Of a DNA stretch of 64,000 nt, positions 35,701-44,700 are shown piece after piece. Under the pieces are notes generated by a model. That model saw only the letters and a list, made by a program, of their open reading frames with translations. It was not told the DNA's origin and searched no databases. Numbering within the stretch: the stretch's first letter is position 1; every line of letters starts with the position of its first letter. Both the position numbers and the translations under genes were made by a program. Source of the stretch: Chiloscyllium plagiosum (lineage: Eukaryota); contig NC_057721.1 in the NCBI RefSeq assembly GCF_004010195.1, positions 41,805,964-41,869,963 on the forward strand. Reading direction: 5' to 3'.

Positions 35701-38700
35701 ATAACACAGAAGTAGGTAGAAACTTAAGTTGTGAAGTGGACATAAAATGCCCACAAAAGATGTGTAGATAGTTATGTCCGTGTGGTAAATAGAAAATAAT
35801 GTGGGAAAATGTGAACTTGTCCATTTTGATAGGAAGATTTAAAAGAAAGCATTCACTAAATAGTGAGAAATTGTCACTGCATACTAGAACATTTAAATCT
35901 CTATGCATCTCAAAGGGCAAAACACTAGTATGGAGATGTACAGCAAGTAATTAGAAAAGTGAATTTGTATCGTTTATTGTGAAGGTCATTGAATACAAAA
36001 GTAGGAAGAATATCCTTCAATCTTACAATGCACTGGTGAGGTTACATCAGGAGTACTGTGTGCAGTATTTTTTCCTTTTAAGTTGGGAGAAGGTCTATTA
36101 AACTAATAACAAATAGGCAGCTCCACTGATGGGGATAGGTTAGACAAACCGGTCTTCCATTGGTTGGAGTTTAACAGTATGGGGGGATTTGATTGAAACA
36201 TAAGATACTGAAAGATCTTGACAGGGTAGATACAGACAGCAGGTTTTGGGAGAGTCTATAACTAGGGGTTACAGTTTAAAAATAAGACGCACTCCTTTAA
36301 AACAGTGAATTTTTCTTTAGTCTCTGGAACGCCTTTCCTGAAAAGGGTACGAAAGCAGAATCTATGAATGTTTTTCGGACAGAAGCAGATAAATGCTTGG
36401 TAAGCAGATGAGTGGAAGGTTATCAAAGCAGATGGGAATGTAGATTTGAGGTTATAAATAGATCCACTATCGGCAGCCAAATGACCACCTCCTGCCCCTT
36501 GTTCGTATGTTCATATCATTGCTAATCACCATCTAACACTCAAATAGATGATCTTATCGCTGGTCTGTGTGATTGCCAGGCAGCAAAATGTCTTGTGTTC
36601 GGATATTTTTCTTGTAAAGGAAGGTTAGAGTTTGCCCTAGCTTATCCCTAGTCATCGAGTCCTAGAGATGTACAGCATGTAAACCGACCCTTCGGTACAA
36701 CCTGTCCATGCAACCAAATATCCCAACCCAATCTAGTCCCACCTGCCAGCACCTGGCCCATATCCCTCTAAAGCCTTCCTATTCATGTACCCATCCAAAT
36801 GCCTCTTAAATGTTGCAATTGTACCAGCCTCCACCACATCCTCTGGCAGCTCATTCCATACACGTACCACCCTCTGCGTGAAAAGGTTGCCGCTTAGGTC
36901 TCTTTTATATCTTTCCTCCCTCACCCTAAACCTACACCCTCTAGTTCTTGACTCCCTGACCCCAGGGAAAAGACTTTGCCTATTTACCCTATCCATGCCC
37001 GTCATAATTTTGTAAACTTCTATAAGGTCACCCCCTCAGCCTCCGACGCTCCAGGGAAAACAGCCCCAGCCTGTTCAGCCTCTCCCTATAGCTCAAATCC
37101 TCCAACCCTGGCAACATCCTTGTAAATCTTTTCTGAACCCTTTCAAGTTTCACAACATCTTTCCGATAGGAAGGAGACCAGAATTGCACGCAGTATTCCA
37201 ACAGTGGCCTAACCAATGCCCTGTACCACCGCGACATGACCTCCCAACTCCTGTACTCAATACTCTGACCAATAAAGGAAAGCATACCAAATACCTTTTT
37301 CACTATCCTGCAACTCCACTTTCAAGGAGCTATGAACTTGCACTCCAAGGTCTCTGTTCAGGAACACTCCCTCGGACCTTACCGTTAAGTGTATAAGTCC
37401 TGCTAAGATTTGCTTTCCCAAAATGCAGCACCTCGCATTTATCTGAATTAAACTCCATCTGCCATTTCTCAGCCCATTGGCCCATCTGGTCCAGATCCTG
37501 TTGTAATCTGAGGTAACCCTCTTCACTGTTCAGTACACCTCCAATTTTGGTGTCATCTGCAAACTTATAAGAGTCTCATGCTCTACCGACTGAGCTAGCC
37601 GGGCCTCGCACTTGCTAAAGATAAATTAAATTACTTAGTGTGGAAACAGGCCCTTCAGCCCAACAAGAACACACCAACCCTCCGATGAGCAACCCACCCA
37701 GACCCATTCCCTTACATTTACCCCTTCACCTAACACTACGGGCAGTTTAGCATGGCCAATTCACCTATCCTGCACATTTTTGGACTGTGGGAGGAAACAG
37801 GAACACCCGGAGGAAACCCAGACACTGGGAGAATGTGCAAACTCCACACAGTTGCCTGAAGTGGGAATTGAACCCGGGGTCTCTGGCGCTGTGAAGCAGC
37901 AGTGTTAACCACTGTGCCACCAAGGACTGTTTTCTTTATTAGGGAATGACACGTGACTGTAAAGATTAGGATAATTGAGAAAGACAGTAAAGTTTAATTT
38001 AATTAAAATGCTACTATAGCAGTATTGCAATTTGGATTTGAATAAACAATCATTGAAATATGATATTCTTTTAAACTGTTTGCTCTAGGCAGCCCTGGAT
38101 ACGAGCAAGATAGAAGCGAGCAAGCCCAAAGCAGATGCTGTTGGAGAAGATGGAATTCTTCAGACGAGAACTTATGATCTATATATTACTTATGACAAGT
38201 ATTATCAGACACCCAGGCTTTGGTTGTTTGGTTATGATGAGGTAAACAGGTAGTGTCTTATCAATCATTGTTATGTAAAGGGATTAGTATTTTACAATTG
38301 TTTGTGAGCTTTATTTTCTTGAACATTATATAGTGTTTAATGGTTATATTCGAGAATGTGGTGCTGGAAAAGCACAGCAGGCCAGGCAGCATCCGAGGAG
38401 CAGGAGAAGCCTTCATCAGGGGCTTATGCCCGAAACGTCAATTCTCCTGCTCCTCGGATGCTGCCGAGCCTGCTGTGCTTTTCCAGCACCACACTCTCGA
38501 CTCTGATCTGCAGTCCACACTTTCTCCTAGTATAATGGTTATACCAAACTCTATTATTTTAATTATGATACAGATTTGTCATACGTGATTAATGTATGTA
38601 AAACCATAATCAACCGTTTGGCATGTTCCTATTTTCAGCAACGACACCCACTGACTGTAGAAGAGATGTATGAGGACATTAGCCAGGACCATGTCAAGAA

Positions 38701-41700
38701 AACAGTGACAATTGAAAATCATCCCCACTTGCCCCCACCTTCAATGTGTTCTGTTCATCCATGCAGGTATTCATTTGTAATTTTCAACAGTCTGCTAATT
38801 AATTTGGGAATTATGGATTTATCAGTGTCGATGAAAATGTAACTTTTAAAACACCTGATCTTCAACAATATTTATAATCTGAGTTATTCAAGGTTAAAAA
38901 TAAATACTTAAGATAAACAATCTACTGTACTTGCAGGGCAATATTGGAATACAGGGTGACTTATAAATATCTTTGTAGTTATGGAAATGTGAATATTTAT
39001 TTATCAAATGTGTAATGTACAATCAATAGTTGGACTGGCCTAAAAGTGAATTGGAGAAAATGGTGGATATTCTGGAATTCATATTTTGATGAATGAATTG
39101 TCAAGTAATGTTGGTCATGAATGTAAGCACATCCACAGTAAAATATTCAGTAGATTTGCTTACCCCTTTGGATTTTCCTGACTACACCTTATTTGCACTT
39201 CAAGTACAATCAGTTTATGTATTAATCCCTTCCATTTGAGGAAAAGCAAGGAGGAAGCCATTGTGATTGTGGTTGCAGAGCTAGGCTATTGCTGAACACA
39301 CTGAGTTCTAGTCATATCTTTAATGAGGAATGTTATTTACTTTAAAAAATAGTCTATGTATGTAGGGACACTCTGGTGCAGTTGTAATTTCCCTGTCTGT
39401 AAGCCAGGAGGCCTAGATTCAAATCCCACCTATTCCAGAGATGTGTAATAACATTTCTGAACAGATTGATTTGAAAATAAATAAATTAATCTACATTGTA
39501 TGGGTTTTGTGGTGTGGTGGTGTCCCTACCTTTTGAGCCAGCGGATCCAGGTTCCAATCCTAAATGCTTCAGCGATGTGTAATGACATCCCTGAACCGAC
39601 TTGATTAGAAAATATTGAAATTTACTTAATAGTGGCCTTATGCAGTAGTGGTGGTGTCTCTAACTCTGGGATAGGAGGCCTGAATTAAGTCCCAGCCATT
39701 CCAGAGTTGTATGGTAATCAATCTGAACAGGCTGATGAAAAATAGTTAAAGCTACATGAAAGGGTCCCTTGCAGTGCAGTGGTAGTGACCCTAACAGCCC
39801 AGAGGTATGTCATGAAATCTCTGAGCAGGTTGATTTAAAAATAGCTAAATCTACACACAGGAGGCTATTGTGGCAAAGTGGTAATGTCTTTATCTTTGAG
39901 TCAAGAGGCCTGTGTTCAAGTCGCACCTGCCAGAAGTGGGTAAAAACATCCTTGAGCAGATTATTTAGAAAATATAAATTGAAATGAAAAGTGCACTGCT
40001 GTTCGAATTCTGGTAGTGATTTGCTCATTCTCTGTGGGCATGTCTGATTACTTGCCTCACCTCTTCCTGAGAGTTTAAGTGTCAGTTAAAACCAGGAAAA
40101 AACTTCACCCTTCTAGGTACCTTACCAAAGCATTTCAGTGACTAAGAAACTCTCTGTCCATTTCTGGAAAAAATAGAAATTCTGAAGTTTTGTTTCAAGC
40201 TTGGACTTTGGTATTAAGAGTTTTCAAAGGAATTGTTTCTACCATCTACTTGTAACTTGAAGACCATTATTTCAAGACTGTATCATGTCAGAGAATAGAT
40301 AATCATGGATTGTAAAAGCTAAGGAAAATAGATGCCCTATGTGATAACTTTTAAAGTCAGCAATTTTTAAATCCTTGCAAAAGCACAAGCTTTAGGCTGG
40401 CCAAGTTTATTCACCAAACTGTCAGTATATCTTTCTAAAAGTTGTAAAACTTCATTATTGGCTATTGTCTCTTAAAGCTATAGTCAGGTTGTAAAGTGAC
40501 TGTTATCATTTTCTTAAAATCAGTTTCTACTAGGAATCCGTGAAACTTAAACTCTAGACAGTTAAATGAAAAGCCAATGGCATGCAGCTACAATGAAAAA
40601 GAGTTATCAACTATTGTGGGTAGGGTGTTTGGTTGGTGAGGCTGGGCATCCTAATACAGAGGGTAAGATCATACATCATGGAAAAGGAAGGGATTAGTGA
40701 TCGAGCACAACAGTATGTAGACCGAAGGCTGCTTTGAGGGATGTTGGGGGAGGGGTGAGGGTGGAAGAGAGCATGCTGTTGTTCATTCTAGCTCACAAGG
40801 AGTGCTGGAAAAGGCATTTAACTTGTGGAGCCAGCAGCTACTGCGTCTCTTTCACTGCTTTTTCAGTGTGTCCTGTGCTTCCACAGCAGATACTTGTGTT
40901 ACACAAAGCCCACCGCCATAAAAGTGGGAATGACCACATAAACTTCAGACTAGAGTTGTGTGGCTGACCATTTTTAACTCTTTCGTGCTGATCATGGGGG
41001 AAAGTGAGGTTTAATGTTGACACCAAAGTATCCTTTAATGAAATAATAGAATAAAGTAGTCAAAATACCAAAATACTTCCCAAAAATGCCCTATTGATAG
41101 AAGTTATAATCTAACAGTTCTCATTCATTTATTTAAGGTTCCAAAAGCCATACATTTTGTAGAAGAATGTGAGAAATAGAAGCAGGGGCCCTAGGTTCAG
41201 CTTAATGATCGTCCAATTGATCTACCGGGTTTTGAGAAGATTTGTAGCTCAGCTTGAGGTTCTGGATGTAGGTTTCCTCGCTAAGCTGGAAGGTTCATTT
41301 TCCAGATGTTTCATCACCTAACTAGGTAACTCAGCGAGCAAACTACACCCACTTGATCAACCTCCGTTTCACCTACTACTACCATCTCGGTATCCCTTAA
41401 CTTTATTAGCGTTCATGCAGGCTGGTACATTTACAACATTTAACCGGCATCTGGATGGTTTTATGAATAAGAAGAGTTTAGAGGGACATGAGCCAAATGT
41501 TGGCAAATGGGAGTAGATTAGTTTAGGATATATGGTCAGCATGGACGAATTGGACTAAAGACTCTGCTTCCTGTGCAACTTTGACTCTATATGTTTTGAA
41601 CATATCCATTGCTTGAGCATCAACAGCTCCTTGAGGTAAAGAACTCCACAGGTTTAAAACATTGAGTGAATCTCTTCTCATCGCAGTCCTAAATGCCCAA

Positions 41701-44700
41701 CAGTTTGTTCTGCAGTTGTGTCCTCTAGTTCTCGACTGGTAATCATCAAGAAGTACCAGATGATGTACCCCTTTCAAATTGGAATAGTAATTATGGATCC
41801 ACTCGCTTCTGAGTTAAATCTGTATTGTGAAAGAATTTCATGCAAGAAAACATTTAAATAATGATTTAAATAAGACAGCTATTTACATCCAGATATCTGT
41901 GAAGTGGCTACCTGCTTTTCACAGCAGTCTCTCTGTCATTAATGTGATGTTTAACTATCACTGCAGGATTGTACCTTTGTTACCATAGCAAAAACTGGTG
42001 TTTCCCCAATGAATGTTGTTGTGAAACAAAGTACGCTTTCACCAATGCGGTCACAGGGCATTTCTGTTTCTGGTTTTCCACGTGAGCAACACGATATTGA
42101 GCAAATGTTGCAAATGAATCTCAACCCAATTGTACTTCTGTTTACATTTTCAAAGTAAATACTCATTGTGAGGTGAGCAAGGATCCCATTTTTTACATGT
42201 TGTCTTTACATTTGAAACTCTGCCAGTTGTGGAAATATATCCTATACTCCATTGCTCAATGTAGTTTGCCAAATTATTTTCTAGCTTTCTTCTTAAATGT
42301 TGCAATTTTGTCACTTACTTCCTGTATGACAAATGTGATTGTGTAAGTAATGGTCATCACAATGACGTTTCAACTGAGGCTTTCCATGTTGCCAGTTATG
42401 GCACATCATGATTTGAGAAGCACTGTTATAGACTTTCCTTCCTGATGTTTCTCTTTAGTCTTTTATTTTGTGATAAACCTAGACTTGCATTGCCGTTCTT
42501 ACAACATTATCAACCTGATGTCCTACCTTCTTAATGTCCAGTGAATCTGTGCCCCCTATTTCTCTGCTCTTCCATTTAACTGACCTTACAAATATTTGGA
42601 GTGCAGTTACTGCTTATGTTTACCAAAAATGGATCACCTTATTATTTGTAATGAATTCCATAACACACAATCCCCCAATTCCCCATCTTATTAATATCTG
42701 TTTTACAATGTTCAATGACATATTGGTGATTCTGGCAGGGCTTTGTGTGTATTTGTGAAGAGTAGTTTAAATGTGTCCAATGTTTTGTCTTTCAGGCATG
42801 CTGAGGTAATGAAGAAAATCATTGAGACAGTTGCAGAAGGTGGAGGTGAACTCGGTGTACACATGTATCCTTGAACATTAGCAAGCAACCAAAATGTTAA
42901 TGACCATTTAGATTTTAACAGTTTTATTTATTGAGTGACAATTTAACACTCATCTACCCTCTTTTTTTTAAAAAAGCTGATTGCGGTCTTGCTGAAGTTG
43001 TCTCCTAATGCACTGTGACACAACTTAATCTTTCAATGTATCTGCAGAAGAGCTGAGCTACATGGATTAGGAAGTAACCTTAGCTAGTCCGAAGTCAACT
43101 GATACACAATTAATACTTGATCCTTCAGCGGCAATTTATTTGTTTATCACCAATTGAAGGAAAGCAGCCTCAGCACAGAGTATAATAAACTAACTTCTAA
43201 ATTCCCTTTGCTATTATTCTGATCCATTGTGCAATCTCTTTTCATAGAATTGACTACTTGATGAGTGGGTGACTGTGGTCTGGATGCAAAGAGCACATGC
43301 AATTTTTAGTTGGATTCTTTCATGCTGTATGCCAATTGTCAAAGTTTATAGCCAGATTGCCCAGTACACTTAGATCCCAATGTGACGCAGCTAACCTCCC
43401 AGTTTGGCTGGCTGGATCAATCTTCAAGGTCTTCAACTCTATCCTGTACAGTCAGGCCAGGGTTGACCTCCACAGACATTCTTCTAGGTTATATCATTAA
43501 CTAGCTCTAGCTCCTGCTGATTTGTGTTCTGTGAAATTTCTATGCTTTATCCATTAAACTATGCAGGGTGCCAAATCCTGATCTTTTGGGATTGTGTCCT
43601 TTTCTTCTAGTCATGTTGTGCACTCTCTAATCTCTGGATTTGAGGGAACAATCGTTTGTAGCAAGGGTAACCATAGACAGATGAGTGACTGCTGGAAGCA
43701 GAATTATTTTCTGTATTATGCATAGTGTGAAGATGCATTTCAATGAGAAGACAAAGACAGTGAGATGCTGAAAAGGCCAGCAGCCATTCTGCAATAAGTT
43801 CTCCCAGTTTTAATCTTAATATGTTTATGATTTAAATCTAATAAAGGAGAAGTCACCAAGTTTGTGAATCAGTACCTTTTTTTATCATAAGGCCATAGGA
43901 TATCAGAGCAGAATTAGGCCATTCAGCCCATTGAGTCTGCTCTGCTATTCTATCATGACTGATAAGTTTCCAAATCCAGCCTTCTCCACATAAACCTTGG
44001 TCCCCATACTGCTTGAGAATCTATCTCGCTCTCTTTTAAATGCAGTCAATGGCCTTGGGTCCAGAGTCCTCTGTCGCAAGGAGTTCCACAGAGTTACCAC
44101 CCTCTGGCTGAAGAAATTCTTCCTCATCTCAATTCTAAAAGGTTGTCCGTCATTCCTGAGGCTGTGTCGCCCAGGTCATAAGTTTCTCCTGTTATTAGAA
44201 ACACCTTTTCCATTTCCAAGCTCTCCAGACACTCAATATCTTATAAGTTTCATCTAATTCCCCCCTCATCCTTCTACACTCCATCGGTACAGACCCAGCG
44301 TCTTCAACCACCTCAAATGACACCAAGCTATTTATCCCTAGGGTTATTTTTGTAGACTTCTTTGGACCTCCTCCAATAACAGCACATCTTTCCTTAGATT
44401 AGGGGCCCAAAACCACCCACAATATTCCAAATGTGGTCTGGCTCGAGCTTAACAATGTCAGCAGTACATCTCTGTTCTTGTTTCTTGAAATGAATGCTAA
44501 CATTGCATCGACCTTCCTAACTGCCATGTGCATGCTTACCTCGAATCCTGAACTGGGACTCCCTTATCCTTTTGTGCTTTGGATTTCTGGAGCCTCTCCT
44601 GTTCATAGAATAGTCTATGCCTCTATTCTTCCCATTAAAATGTATAACTTGTCACTTTACCACATACAAACAAGGACAGGACTTATATAATTATAATGGC

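Noticed and set aside
37568-37604. Functional or intron-containing tRNA-Lys gene
   Set aside because: The break is at the canonical 37/38 intron position, but what follows is CR1 coding sequence and no T-arm, B box or 3' acceptor strand can be found.
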